A stretch of DNA of 21,562 nt, taken from Vulcanimicrobiaceae bacterium (lineage in GTDB: Bacteria; Vulcanimicrobiota; Vulcanimicrobiia; Vulcanimicrobiales; Vulcanimicrobiaceae). Each line of letters begins with the position of its first letter. Within the stretch, counting starts at the first letter, position 1. The stretch covers positions 6,534 through 28,095 of the forward strand of contig JBHEMM010000028.1 in the NCBI GenBank assembly GCA_046262595.1, read 5' to 3'. Under the pieces are notes generated by a model that saw only the letters and a list, made by a program, of their open reading frames with translations, did no database searches and was not told the origin of the DNA. Below, piece after piece: positions 1 through 9,278 of the stretch. The translations under genes were made by a program, and so were the position numbers.

Positions 1-30
1 GGTCGCGTGCGTGGGTCGTGTGCTGGCCAT
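1..30 (-). CDS. 5' fragment of a gene directly following the ComEA-like tail (possibly comEC), running off the window
   Basis: TAG is immediately followed by ATG (MASTRPTHAT). comEA-comEC adjacency is common, but only 10 codons are visible. Confidence 0.25.
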   Translation of the reverse strand, partial: MASTRPTHAT

Positions 31-492
31 CTAAGGCTGTAGCCGCGCCCGCAATGCCTCCATGGTCGCCGGACCGATGCCGCTGATCTGATCGAGGTCC
101 TCGACCGAGGAAATGCCGCCGTGCTGGTCGCGGTGCTCTTGCGGCGGGCTCACGCCCCGCGCGCCGCCCGCGAGCGCCTTTTCGTACGCCGCCTTGCAGT
201 CGTGCACGGCGATCGCGACGTCGCGGACGCCGTCTCCATGGGCGGCGACATGCTGCGTAATTTTACTCTGTGCGCTCAAGGCGGACGTGAGAACGAAGCG
301 CAAATTGTTTTGAACCAACACGTAGGATGCGCGGCCCGCGACGCCGGTTTCCGGGCCCGCATACGCAACTTGGTCGAAGCCGAACGCCGAGCAATAATAT
401 TGCGCGGCTTGCTTGGCGTTGCCGACGTAAAACTCGATATAGTCCCAGTCGATCTTTGAGAGCGGGTTGGCCTTCGGCGTCATCGTTTCCAT
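31..492 (-). CDS. hppD: 4-hydroxyphenylpyruvate dioxygenase, N-terminal domain only (about 126 aa), joined in frame to a ComEA-like helix-hairpin-helix tail; probably chimeric or truncated
   Basis: DYIEFYVGNAKQAAQYY..AFGF..AYAGPETG and HGDGVRDVA are HppD N-terminal motifs. The catalytic C-terminal domain is absent. The last 27 aa (ISSVEDLDQISGIGPATMEALRARLQP) look like a ComEA HhH C-terminus. Confidence 0.85.
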   Translation of the reverse strand: METMTPKANPLSKIDWDYIEFYVGNAKQAAQYYCSAFGFDQVAYAGPETGVAGRASYVLVQNNLRFVLTSALSAQSKITQHVAAHGDGVRDVAIAVHDCKAAYEKALAGGARGVSPPQEHRDQHGGISSVEDLDQISGIGPATMEALRARLQP

Positions 493-530
493 GGGAGGTG
501 GCTTGGCGGGCCGCCCGAAGGCGCCCTCTC

Positions 531-1394
531 ATGACTGCATCGGCATCCCCGCTCCCCATCGTGCGCGAGGCGCTGGGCGCGCTTGTCGATTACGCCGGGC
601 TCTTTCCTCCGGCCGAGTTGCCGCTGGAAGCGGCGCTGTACGAGTACTTCGAAGCGCTGCGCGGGCCGCATTCGTGGATGCTGGGGCGCTTCATCGTGCG
701 CAGCGCGCAGCTCGGCGCGCTCCAGGCTGCGCTTCCGGCGGGCCAAAGCATTGAGCTCAGCGTCATCGCCGGCGGCGACGTGCCGGCCGCATTCGCAGCG
801 CTCGAGCAATTGCGCGAGCGCGGGTCGAACATCCGCATCGAGGTGCTCGAGGCGCCGGCCGGCGAGGACGGCATTGCTGTTTTGGCCGATGCGCGCGCGC
901 GGTCCGGACTTGATGCCGTTCCGCTCTATATCGAAGCGCCGGCCAGCGCCATGGACGCGCTCGCGCGCGCGCGCACCGGTGCGAAGATCCGCTGCGGCGG
1001 TGCTGATGCGGCGGCATATCCGTCGGCTGCGCAGATTGCGGCATTCATCAAGGCCGCCTCTGAGCGCGGCGTGCCTTTTAAGGCGACGGCGGGCTTGCAC
1101 CACCCGGTCCGGGGCTACCATGCGGCGGCGGGGGTAACGATGCACGGGTTTCTCAATCTGCTTGCCGTAACCGCGTTGGCGCGCAGCGGAAGTGATCTGA
1201 CGCAACTGACCGCCGCCGCCGGTTGTGAGGACGCGGCCGCTTTTACGTTCGAACCGGGCGGCTTCGGCTTTCGCGGCCGGTTCTTCAACGCGCACGAGAT
1301 GCGCGACGTGCGGGAGCGCGGCTTCATTGCGTACGGCAGCTGCAGTTTCAGCGAGCCCGTCGAGGATCTTCGGGCCATGGGTATGCTGCCGTGA
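531..1394 (+). CDS. Conserved hypothetical protein of homogentisate clusters (LVDYAGLFPP / FKATAGLHHP family)
   Basis: Motifs LVDYAGLFPPA, AKIRCGG, VPFKATAGLHHP, HGFLN, YGSCSFSEP. GTGA overlap with fahA. Start is ATG 531 or GTG 561; the ORF-track start at 327 overlaps hppD. Confidence 0.85.
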   Translation: MTASASPLPIVREALGALVDYAGLFPPAELPLEAALYEYFEALRGPHSWMLGRFIVRSAQLGALQAALPAGQSIELSVIAGGDVPAAFAALEQLRERGSNIRIEVLEAPAGEDGIAVLADARARSGLDAVPLYIEAPASAMDALARARTGAKIRCGGADAAAYPSAAQIAAFIKAASERGVPFKATAGLHHPVRGYHAAAGVTMHGFLNLLAVTALARSGSDLTQLTAAAGCEDAAAFTFEPGGFGFRGRFFNAHEMRDVRERGFIAYGSCSFSEPVEDLRAMGMLP

Positions 1395-2647
1395 CCGCGC
1401 CGCACGAAGGTTCGTGGGTCGGCGTTCCGGCCGATTCTGATTTTCCGCTGGAGAATTTGCCCTTCGGTGTGTTCGAGCGGCACGGCGTCCGGCACATCGG
1501 CGTTGCGATCGGCGCGAGCATCTTCGATCTGCACGACGCAGCCGGAGCGGGCCTATTCGACGATATCCTCGCACGAACCGTGCTGGAAGCTTCAACGCTC
1601 AATCCGCTGCTTTCGGCGGGCCGCAAAGTGTGGAGTGAATTGCGCGCGCGCCTGATGGAGACGCTGCGCAGCACGACCGTTCTGCTCGATCGCGTCGATC
1701 GTGACAAACTGCTCGCGCCGCAGCACGGCGCGAAGATGCACGTGCCGATGCACGTGGGCGACTACGCCGACTTCTATTCCTCGCTCGAGCACGCGACCAA
1801 CTTAGGCAAAATTTTCCGGCCCGACGGCGAACCGCTGCTGCCGAATTGGCGCTGGGTTCCGATCGGCTATCACGGCAGAAGCAGCACCATCGTCGTTGAC
1901 GGCACGCCCGTGCGCCGTCCAGCCGGCCAACGCAAACTTCCGGGCGCCGCGCAGCCGGTGTTCGGTCCATCGCAGATGCTCGATATCGAACTGGAGATCG
2001 GTTTCGTCACGGGACCGGCGAATGCGATGGGCACGCGCATTCCGGTGCAGCGCGCGCGCGATCATATCTTTGGCGTCGTCCTTTTGAATGATTGGAGCGC
2101 CCGCGACATTCAAGCGTGGGAGTATCAGCCGCTCGGCCCGTTCTTAGGCAAATCCTTCGCGACGTCGGTTTCGCCGTGGATCGTCACGCTGGATGCGCTC
2201 GAGCCCTACCGCTTGCAGGGCCCGCGGCAGGAGCCGCAACCGCTGGAATATCTGCGATCGGCGGAGCCGTGGAACTACGATATCGGTCTCGATGTGGAGC
2301 TGCAGGCGCCGGGCATGAGCGGTCCTCACCGCATCTCGCACACGAATTTCAAACACATGTACTGGAACATGGCCCAGCAGCTGGCGCACCTCACGGTGAA
2401 CGGCACGTCTGCGCAGCCCGGGGATCTTTACGGCTCGGGCACGATATCGGGGCCGCAGGCGGATTCGCTCGGCAGTTTGATCGAACTTTCGTGGCGCGGC
2501 GCCCGCCCGATCGCGCTGCCGGGCGGCCTTAGCCGTTCCTTTCTGCAGGATGGCGATACGATAATCCTCAGCGGCGCCGCCGCGGCCGCAGGAAAGCCGC
2601 GCATCGGCTTGGGCCGTGTTTCGGGTACTATCCTTCCATGCGAATGA
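1391..2647 (+). CDS. fahA: Fumarylacetoacetase
   Basis: SDFPLENLPFGVF, GDYADFYSSLEHATN, PIGYHGRSS, LDIELE, LLNDWSARDIQAWEYQPLGPFLGKSF, GDLYGSGTISG. Confidence 0.97.
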   Translation: MTAPHEGSWVGVPADSDFPLENLPFGVFERHGVRHIGVAIGASIFDLHDAAGAGLFDDILARTVLEASTLNPLLSAGRKVWSELRARLMETLRSTTVLLDRVDRDKLLAPQHGAKMHVPMHVGDYADFYSSLEHATNLGKIFRPDGEPLLPNWRWVPIGYHGRSSTIVVDGTPVRRPAGQRKLPGAAQPVFGPSQMLDIELEIGFVTGPANAMGTRIPVQRARDHIFGVVLLNDWSARDIQAWEYQPLGPFLGKSFATSVSPWIVTLDALEPYRLQGPRQEPQPLEYLRSAEPWNYDIGLDVELQAPGMSGPHRISHTNFKHMYWNMAQQLAHLTVNGTSAQPGDLYGSGTISGPQADSLGSLIELSWRGARPIALPGGLSRSFLQDGDTIILSGAAAAAGKPRIGLGRVSGTILPCE

Positions 2648-2928
2648 CGCTGCTGGGCCTGATCTTCTTTCTCGCGCTAACGCTTTTGAATGCGGTCGCG
2701 TTCAGGCAAAACGCGGATTTCGTGAACGCGCACGATTTTGCGCCGCTGCAACTCACGAAGGCCGGCTCGTCACATTATGAGTGGGATATCTTCCTCGCAC
2801 GTGAGGTTGCGGCGATCGCGGCGACCGCCCTGCTCTTCGGCGCGATTGCGGGCGCGCGGTCGACCCGCGTGCGCCGGCGCAAAGCGCATCCGCAGTTCGC
2901 CCGCCACATCGCAAACCGCCGGCGCTAA
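2644..2928 (+). CDS. Small hypothetical membrane protein (two hydrophobic segments)
   Basis: ATGA overlap with the fahA stop. Hydrophobic stretches LLGLIFFLALTLLNAVAF and VAAIAATALLFGAIAG followed by a basic tail. Stop overlaps the convergent hmgA stop. Confidence 0.55.
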   Translation: MTLLGLIFFLALTLLNAVAFRQNADFVNAHDFAPLQLTKAGSSHYEWDIFLAREVAAIAATALLFGAIAGARSTRVRRRKAHPQFARHIANRRR

Positions 2929-4079
2929 GCTTCGATCCAGGACCGGTAGTAGGACGCGTCTTCGCATTGCGCTGCCTGACGCGCAATGCGCAGCGGTTGA
3001 AATGTGTCGACCATGACTGCGATCTCGTCGGTTGACGTCTTGCCTAAGCTGGCCTCGACCGCTCCGGGCTGCGGGCCGTGCGGCGCGCCCGCCGCATGCA
3101 GCGTGATCGAGCCTTCTTCGACGCCGCGCCGGCTCATGAAATTGCCGCTGACGTAGTACAGCACTTCATCGCAGTCCACGCTCGAATGGTTGTACGGCAC
3201 CGGAATCGCGAGCGGATGATAATCGAACATGCGCGGCACGAACGCGCAAAAGGCCGCGCCGGGCGCCTCGAACGTCGCGTGCGCGGGCGGCGGCTGATGC
3301 AGCTTGCCCGTGATCGGCATGAATTCTTCCAGATTGAACGCATACGGATAGCAGTAACCGTCCCAACCGACCACGTCGCACGGATGGTTCTGCACGACGT
3401 ACGTCGCGCTGCGTCCGTTGTTCGTGACGCGTATCTCGAACTCGCCTTGCTCGCCGCGCGGTGAGCGCAGCACCGGAGCGCGGAAATCGCGCTCGTAGTA
3501 CGGCGACGCTTCTTCGAGTTGCCCGAATTCGTTGCGGTATTTACGCGGTATGCGCACCATGCCCGTTGACTCGTGAACCAGCGCGCGCGTCGGTGCGGAC
3601 GGCACGATGCGGTACGCCGTGCCGGCCGGAATTACGAGATAATCGTGTGCCCGGTATGCCAACTCGCCGAAAGGCGTTTCAAGCGCGCCGGCGCCGTAGT
3701 GCACGAACAGCAGCTCGTCGCCGCCGGCGTTGCGGTAAAACGACCGCATGGGCTCGCTGGCGTCCGCGATCGAAATGAGCAGGTCGGCGTTGCCCATCAA
3801 CGGCGTGCGAGAGTCGATGAAATCGCCCTGCAGCTCGAGCGGTCCAGTCTTGAAATGCCGGTTGCGCAGCGGTTCGTTCGCTTCGAGCTCGACGGCGGCG
3901 CGCTTCCACGGCTTGACGTCCAGCGTCGCGGTTGGCGGATGCAGATGATAGAGCAGCGCGTACACGCTCTCGAAGCCCTTGGTGGAAAAGAGTTCTTCGG
4001 CGTAAAGGCCGCCGTCGGGACGCCGGAATTGAATGTGGCGTTTAGCGGGCAGTTCTCCCGCGCGGACGTAGAACGGCAT
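2925..4079 (-). CDS. hmgA: Homogentisate 1,2-dioxygenase (short bacterial type)
   Basis: FYRNAGGDELLFVH, HPCDVVGWDG, HQPPPAHATF, VPYNHSSVDCDEVLYYVSGNFMSR, TLH..G.PHGPQPG, AVMVDTF. Confidence 0.96.
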   Translation of the reverse strand: MPFYVRAGELPAKRHIQFRRPDGGLYAEELFSTKGFESVYALLYHLHPPTATLDVKPWKRAAVELEANEPLRNRHFKTGPLELQGDFIDSRTPLMGNADLLISIADASEPMRSFYRNAGGDELLFVHYGAGALETPFGELAYRAHDYLVIPAGTAYRIVPSAPTRALVHESTGMVRIPRKYRNEFGQLEEASPYYERDFRAPVLRSPRGEQGEFEIRVTNNGRSATYVVQNHPCDVVGWDGYCYPYAFNLEEFMPITGKLHQPPPAHATFEAPGAAFCAFVPRMFDYHPLAIPVPYNHSSVDCDEVLYYVSGNFMSRRGVEEGSITLHAAGAPHGPQPGAVEASLGKTSTDEIAVMVDTFQPLRIARQAAQCEDASYYRSWIEA

Positions 4080-4325
4080 CTACGGCGTGTCCTCGCTGCG
4101 CGTCTCCTCGCTCGTTCGCACCGCACGCTCGGCAGCCGCGAATCCGGCGCGGCTGTGCGTTCCGTCGCAAAACGGCTTAGTGGTCGAGCCGCCGCAACGG
4201 CACAGCGCGATATTGCCCTTGTCGTCGGCGGTCTCGTACCGGTTGCCGTCGGCATCGACTATGGTGACGAGGCCGGTCACGAGGTAGGGACCGTTCTCGC
4301 GGACTTTGATGCGTACGTCGCTCAT
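4080..4325 (-). CDS. CDGSH-type iron-sulfur domain protein
   Basis: NGPYLV.G and ALCRCGGSTTKPFCDGTH motif. Its stop TAG abuts the hmgA ATG. Confidence 0.93.
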   Translation of the reverse strand: MSDVRIKVRENGPYLVTGLVTIVDADGNRYETADDKGNIALCRCGGSTTKPFCDGTHSRAGFAAAERAVRTSEETRSEDTP

Positions 4326-4371
4326 GGCTGCACCGTTGTCGCAAAACGCACTAGCGGCCTCCTAGCCGTTC

Positions 4372-4380
4372 TGGTATCAT
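4372..4380 (+). promoter_or_regulatory. Extended -10 element for the SRP RNA
   Basis: TGgTATCAT about 8 nt upstream of the SRP stem. Confidence 0.6.
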
Positions 4381-4388
4381 GCTCCGAG

Positions 4389-4504
4389 CCATGACGGGGG
4401 CTGGGCTGCTCGCGGCGTGACCTCGTGAACCCCGCCAGATCCGGAAGGAAGCAACGGTAAGCGAGCACTCACGGGTGCCGGGCACCACCTGGCCCTCGCC
4501 GTGG
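4389..4504 (+). ncRNA. ffs: Signal recognition particle RNA, small (4.5S) type
   Basis: Helix-8 signature CCGCCAGATCCGGAAGGAAGCAACGG with GGAA tetraloop. Long closing stem (CCATGACGGGGGCTGGG / CCTGGCCCTCGCCGTGG) followed by a T-run. Confidence 0.92.
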
Positions 4505-4698
4505 TTTTTCGAACTTTATGCGCCCCAAGTGTTTCGAAGCGTTGCACTGTCCGCGCCGAGCTTGGCGAGAGGGCGCAGGGGCGTTTACGCGAACTTGACG
4601 CGGACTCGCGACACAGAACGCGAGCACGTTCGCACGTTCGGTAAAGCCGTTCAAGGCTGGAACCCCGCGTCCAAATGCGGCGCAAACTGACACGACCG

Positions 4699-5577
4699 AT
4701 GATAAAAGACCGTTACTTCGTTAAGATCGTTCCGCAGCGCGGCGATGTCGTTCATCGCTTCGTCCTCACGCGCCGCCGCATCGTCGGCGGAGCCGCCGTT
4801 TTGGGCGTCTTGCTTGCCGGATCGCTCGCTTTCGGGCTTTTGCAGCTTTGGCGCGCGCACGCGCAGGTCGCTGCGCTGCAGAGCATCGAGAACCGGCAGA
4901 AGGCGCAGCTGCAGACCATCGATCAGAAAACCGCGACGATCCGTACGCAGCTGCAGCGCGTGCAGAGGCAAAACCAGCAGATTCAGCAGCTGATCGGCGT
5001 GCATCCGCCCCGTCAAAAAACCGCCGAAGTGCGCCACAACATCGACGCACTGGTCAGCGACAGCGCGCAGACAAGCGCGCAGTCCGATATGCTGCGCCGC
5101 CTAACGATGCGCGTTCTCAATGTGCGCCATCTTCAAGAACTCGCCCGCGCTGAGTCGCTCGCCGCCATTCCTTCGATCGACCCAGTCGATGGAGCGCAGG
5201 TCGTCGGCTGTTTCTGTTACCGCTCGTACCCGGACAGCGAGTTTCATCCCGGCGTGGATCTCGGCGCAGACTATGGAGAAGTGGTGCATGCGGCGGCGGC
5301 CGGCTCGGTTGCGTCGGCGGATTACGACGGCGGATACGGTGAGAAAATCGACATCGACCACGGTAACGGTTATCACACCTGGTACGCTCATCTCTCGAAA
5401 ATGGAAGTCGCCCCCGGCCAATACGTGCACAAGGGGCAAGAGATCGGCCTGGTCGGCTCGACCGGCTTCTCGACGGGCCCGCATCTGCATTACCAGGTGA
5501 TGCTCAATGGAACGGCGGTCGATCCGCAGCCATATCTGAACGGCGTCCCGTCAAAAGTTTTAGCCGGTCTTCCATAG
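4699..5577 (+). CDS. M23 family metallopeptidase with N-terminal membrane anchor and coiled coil
   Basis: HPGVD (HxxxD), GYG, TWYAHLS, GSTGFSTGPHLHYQV motifs; TM segment then a Gln-rich coil. Start is ATG 4699 or 4675. Confidence 0.93.
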   Translation: MIKDRYFVKIVPQRGDVVHRFVLTRRRIVGGAAVLGVLLAGSLAFGLLQLWRAHAQVAALQSIENRQKAQLQTIDQKTATIRTQLQRVQRQNQQIQQLIGVHPPRQKTAEVRHNIDALVSDSAQTSAQSDMLRRLTMRVLNVRHLQELARAESLAAIPSIDPVDGAQVVGCFCYRSYPDSEFHPGVDLGADYGEVVHAAAAGSVASADYDGGYGEKIDIDHGNGYHTWYAHLSKMEVAPGQYVHKGQEIGLVGSTGFSTGPHLHYQVMLNGTAVDPQPYLNGVPSKVLAGLP

Positions 5578-5595
5578 AAAGCGGCCTTGGCTGCT

Positions 5596-5865
5596 ATGTG
5601 CCAATTCTATAATTCTCTCCACACCGTCATTTACATATACACGCTCATCATGATCGTGTATGCGGTGCTTTCCTGGCTGCCCGACCTTCGCGGCGCCTGG
5701 ACGCGCTATCTGGAGATGCTGGTCGAACCGGTGCTCATACCCGTGCGCCGCATCGTTCCGCCGGCCGGCGGTATCGACTGGTCGTTTCTGATCGTGATGG
5801 TCGGGCTTTGGCTCATTAACACGTTCGTCCAGCGCGCGGCTTTCAACGCCTGTTTTCCGATTTAG
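5596..5865 (+). CDS. yggT: YggT family membrane protein
   Basis: YAVLSWLP, EPVLIPVRRIVPP.GGIDWS motif. Start is ATG 5596 or TTG 5587. Confidence 0.9.
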   Translation: MCQFYNSLHTVIYIYTLIMIVYAVLSWLPDLRGAWTRYLEMLVEPVLIPVRRIVPPAGGIDWSFLIVMVGLWLINTFVQRAAFNACFPI

Positions 5866-5868
5866 ATC

Positions 5869-7698
5869 TTGACCATAAAAGCCGACGCGCCGCACCGGCT
5901 GGAGATTGCGCAGCATGTCCGCAATTTCTGCATTATCGCGCACATCGACCACGGAAAAACCACCCTTTCCGATAGACTGCTCGAAACCACGCGCACCATC
6001 GCGATGCGCGACATGGAAGATCAGGCGCTCGACGCCATGGATTTGGAGCGCGAGCGCGGCATCACGATCCGCATGCATCCCGTCACGCTGAATTACCGCG
6101 CGAAGGGCGGCGAGTTTTACAACCTCAACTTGATCGACACGCCGGGACACGTTGATTTTTCGTACGAAGTTTCGCGCTCGCTTGCGGCCTGCGAGGGTGC
6201 GCTGTTGATCATTGACGCGGCGCAAGGCATCGAAGCGCAGACGCTCGCAAACTATCACCTCGCGCTGGAACACGACCTCACGATTATTCCGGTAATCAAC
6301 AAAATTGATCTGCCGGCCGCCGATCCCGAACGGGTCATGGGCGAGGTTGAAGAGCTGCTGATCATCGAAAAAGGCGATTGCATTTTAGCAAGCGCGAAAA
6401 ACGGAACCGGCATCGATGAGATTCTGGAAGCCATCGTGCACCGCATTCCGCCGCCCCAGGGGCATCGCGACCATCTGCGCGCTCTGGTGTTTAACGCGCA
6501 GTTCGATCCGTACCGCGGCGTCGTCAGTTACGTGCGGGTCGTGGACGGGCAGCTCAAGCAGGGCTCGCGCTTCATGTCCATGGCGCACGAGCACGTCTTC
6601 GAATGCACCGAGGTCGGCGTCTTCGCTCCTCAGATGCGCGCGGTCGAGAGACTCGAAGTGGGCGGCGTGGGCTATGTGATCGCCAATATCAAGTCTTTGG
6701 GAGACATCGACGTCGGCGACACGATCACCGACGCCGTCCGCCCCGCGCACGTTCCGCTCGCGGGCTACCGTAAAGCCGTGCCCATGGTGTACTGCGGCTT
6801 GTATCCGAACGAGGGCGCCGAATATTCGGCACTGCGCGACGCGCTCGAGAAGCTCAAACTGAACGATGCGGCGTTTACGTACGAGCCGGAAACCTCGATC
6901 GCCCTGGGCTTCGGTTTTCGTTGCGGGTTTCTGGGGCTGCTGCACATGGAGATCGTGCAGGAGCGCTTGGAGCGCGACTATGCGCTGGATCTGATTGCAA
7001 CGTCTCCCTCGGTGGTCTTCCGCGTCACGCGCACGGACGGCAGCGTCGAGACGATCGACAACCCGAGCAAAATGCCCGCGATGAACCTCATCAAGATGAT
7101 GGAAGAACCCTACGTCAAAGCGACGATCATGACGCCGCCCGAATATGTGGGCGGCATCATGGAGCTGACGCAAGCGCGCCGCGGAACTCTGGAGAACATG
7201 GAGTATCTGCACGACGGCCGCGTCATTCTGACGTACGAGATGCCGCTCATCGAGGTCATCGTCGATTACTTCGACCAGCTCAAATCACGCACCAAAGGGT
7301 ACGCCTCGCTCGACTACGAGATGATTGGCTATCGCCAAGGCGATCTCGTGAAGCTCGAGATCCTGCTCAATGCCGAGGTGGTCGACGCGCTGTCGTTTAT
7401 CGTCGCGCGGGACAAGGCTCCGGCGCGCGGGCGCGCGCTGGCCGAGAAGCTCAAGGAATTGATCCCCCGTCAAATGTTCGAAGTACCGATTCAAGCGGCG
7501 ATCGGCGGCAAAGTCGTCGCGCGCGAAACCGTCAGCGCTATGCGCAAGAACGTTTTGGCGAAGTGCTACGGCGGCGATATTTCACGCAAACGCAAACTGC
7601 TGGAGAAGCAGAAGGTCGGTAAGGAACGCATGAAGCGCGTGGGCCGCGTCGATCTTCCGCAAGAAGCGTTCATGGCCGTGCTGCGTTTGGAAGATTGA
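5869..7698 (+). CDS. lepA: Translation elongation factor 4
   Basis: [66 protein letters not shown] start. Confidence 0.99.
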   Translation: MTIKADAPHRLEIAQHVRNFCIIAHIDHGKTTLSDRLLETTRTIAMRDMEDQALDAMDLERERGITIRMHPVTLNYRAKGGEFYNLNLIDTPGHVDFSYEVSRSLAACEGALLIIDAAQGIEAQTLANYHLALEHDLTIIPVINKIDLPAADPERVMGEVEELLIIEKGDCILASAKNGTGIDEILEAIVHRIPPPQGHRDHLRALVFNAQFDPYRGVVSYVRVVDGQLKQGSRFMSMAHEHVFECTEVGVFAPQMRAVERLEVGGVGYVIANIKSLGDIDVGDTITDAVRPAHVPLAGYRKAVPMVYCGLYPNEGAEYSALRDALEKLKLNDAAFTYEPETSIALGFGFRCGFLGLLHMEIVQERLERDYALDLIATSPSVVFRVTRTDGSVETIDNPSKMPAMNLIKMMEEPYVKATIMTPPEYVGGIMELTQARRGTLENMEYLHDGRVILTYEMPLIEVIVDYFDQLKSRTKGYASLDYEMIGYRQGDLVKLEILLNAEVVDALSFIVARDKAPARGRALAEKLKELIPRQMFEVPIQAAIGGKVVARETVSAMRKNVLAKCYGGDISRKRKLLEKQKVGKERMKRVGRVDLPQEAFMAVLRLED

Positions 7699-8291
7699 AG
7701 ACCTACGCCGCAACGAAGAATGCCGGGAAGCTGCTGGAGATGCGCGCCATCTTTGCCGGCAGCGAGCTCGATCTCGATACGTATCCGCTGTACGCCGCGG
7801 CGCCGGAGGATGAAGACAACTATGCCGGCAACGCGGCCGCGAAAGCGTTCGCGCTCCACCGTCAGCTGCGTGCCGCGCACATCGGCGGAGCGGTTGTTGC
7901 CGACGACTCCGGCATCGAAGTTGCGGCATTGGGCGGACGCCCGGGCGTGCTTTCGGCCCGGTACGGCGGCAAAGACGCGACCTGGCCGGTGCGCCGCGAA
8001 AAACTCTTGGAAGAGATGGCCAGCGTGCCGCCGCAGGAGCGTGCCGCAAAGTTTTGCTGTGCGATGATGCTGGTGCTGGAAGACGGCACGACCTTTACGG
8101 GTTACGGCGAGGTGCAAGGCGTGCTCGCGGCCCAGGAGCTCGGGAGAGCCGGTTTTGGGTATGACCCACTCTTTTACTATCCGCCGCACAACCGGACGTT
8201 CGCGCAGCTCGACGAGGCGGTCAAAAACGGACTCAGCCACCGGCGCCGCGCCGCCGATGCATTGCTCGCCGCATTCCGCAACCATGGCTGA
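7695..8291 (+). CDS. rdgB: Non-canonical purine NTP pyrophosphatase (RdgB/HAM1)
   Basis: [40 protein letters not shown] overlap with lepA. Confidence 0.96.
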   Translation: MKTYAATKNAGKLLEMRAIFAGSELDLDTYPLYAAAPEDEDNYAGNAAAKAFALHRQLRAAHIGGAVVADDSGIEVAALGGRPGVLSARYGGKDATWPVRREKLLEEMASVPPQERAAKFCCAMMLVLEDGTTFTGYGEVQGVLAAQELGRAGFGYDPLFYYPPHNRTFAQLDEAVKNGLSHRRRAADALLAAFRNHG

Positions 8292-9141
8292 ACCGCTGAT
8301 CGTTCGCGCCGGCGCGGATGAGATTGCCTATTTCGCGCGCCGTAGGCTGCACGACGAGCACGGCCGCACCTTGTATCTGGACCTCGCGCAGATGACGCCG
8401 GACGGCGTCTACGTTGCGAAGGACGAAGGCACGCCGGTTGGTATCGTCGTTGCGCACGCCCTGGAAGACGAGTGGTACGTGTGCGATCTGTTCGTCGAGC
8501 CGTCGTTCCGAAAACAAGGCACGGGCTGGAACCTTTTAAGCGAAGCGGCCGCCGACGCCGGTGACGCGGCGCGCAGCGGCGTGCTCGAGCCCGCAGAGCT
8601 GGGCGGCATCGCGCTGTGCCTGCAGCGCGGCGCCGCGCTGCAGATGCCGCTGCTGCAGATCTCCGGCCCGATACCGCACGAGAACGAGCTCGCGCGCATG
8701 GCCGCCGGCGAATACCGCTTTCAAGCCGAGCCGCTCGACCCCACGGGTTACCGCGCGGCGCTCGCTCAGCTCGATCGTGACATTCGCGGTTCGGCACGGC
8801 CGTTCGATCACGCATACTTCTCGCAAAAGGGCCGAGGCTTCATCTTCGTGCGGGAGAGCGAAATCGCGGGCTATGCGTACGTGTGGCCGAGCGGACGGAT
8901 CGGCCCTTTGGCGGCGTCCTCGCAAGCGTATCTGGTCCAACTGCTCGCTTTTGCACTGGCAAGCGTACGCCAGGTGTTCGACGCCGAATGGTGCACGCTG
9001 CTCGTGCCCGGAACAAATTCCCGCCTCACGCGCGCGGCGATGCGCGCCGGCCTTAAGGTCGATCAGGTCAAAATCTTTGCGAGCGACGGCGGCGCGCACG
9101 ATCTCTCACGCTACGTCGCATTCCACGCCCTTTTGCTGTAA
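8284..9141 (+). CDS. GNAT family N-acetyltransferase (two-domain)
   Basis: Acetyl-CoA motif A (LFVEPSFRKQGTGWNLL); C-terminal GYAYV...GRIGPLAA. ATG 8284 overlaps the rdgB end. Confidence 0.85.
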   Translation: MAEPLIVRAGADEIAYFARRRLHDEHGRTLYLDLAQMTPDGVYVAKDEGTPVGIVVAHALEDEWYVCDLFVEPSFRKQGTGWNLLSEAAADAGDAARSGVLEPAELGGIALCLQRGAALQMPLLQISGPIPHENELARMAAGEYRFQAEPLDPTGYRAALAQLDRDIRGSARPFDHAYFSQKGRGFIFVRESEIAGYAYVWPSGRIGPLAASSQAYLVQLLAFALASVRQVFDAEWCTLLVPGTNSRLTRAAMRAGLKVDQVKIFASDGGAHDLSRYVAFHALLL

Positions 9142-9278
9142 AAACACGGTATAACTGCCCTTTTGCAGGCAAGCGTCCCGATTGTCTGCCTAGCGAATCA
9201 GCTGCCGGATGCAACGAAGGAAATGCGTAAGACGGTGCGTCACTTGCGCCGGAGCCTAAGTTCACTCTGGAGGGATTC

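Noticed and set aside
480..1595. Long antisense ORF (371 aa) and similar Arg/Ala-rich ORFs throughout the window
   Set aside because: Shadow frames of real genes in high-GC DNA, with no recognisable motifs.
4616..4640. Second LexA box upstream of the M23 gene (GAAC/GTTC words)
   Set aside because: Spacing does not give GAAC-N4-GTTC.
9200..9270. Resemblance to a c-di-GMP-II riboswitch (GGATGCAACGAAG...CACTT...GGAGC) upstream of the GH lipoprotein
   Set aside because: The downstream pseudoknot partner (RGUG) and closing CAACC elements are not present and the spacing does not fit. An Rfam scan would settle it.
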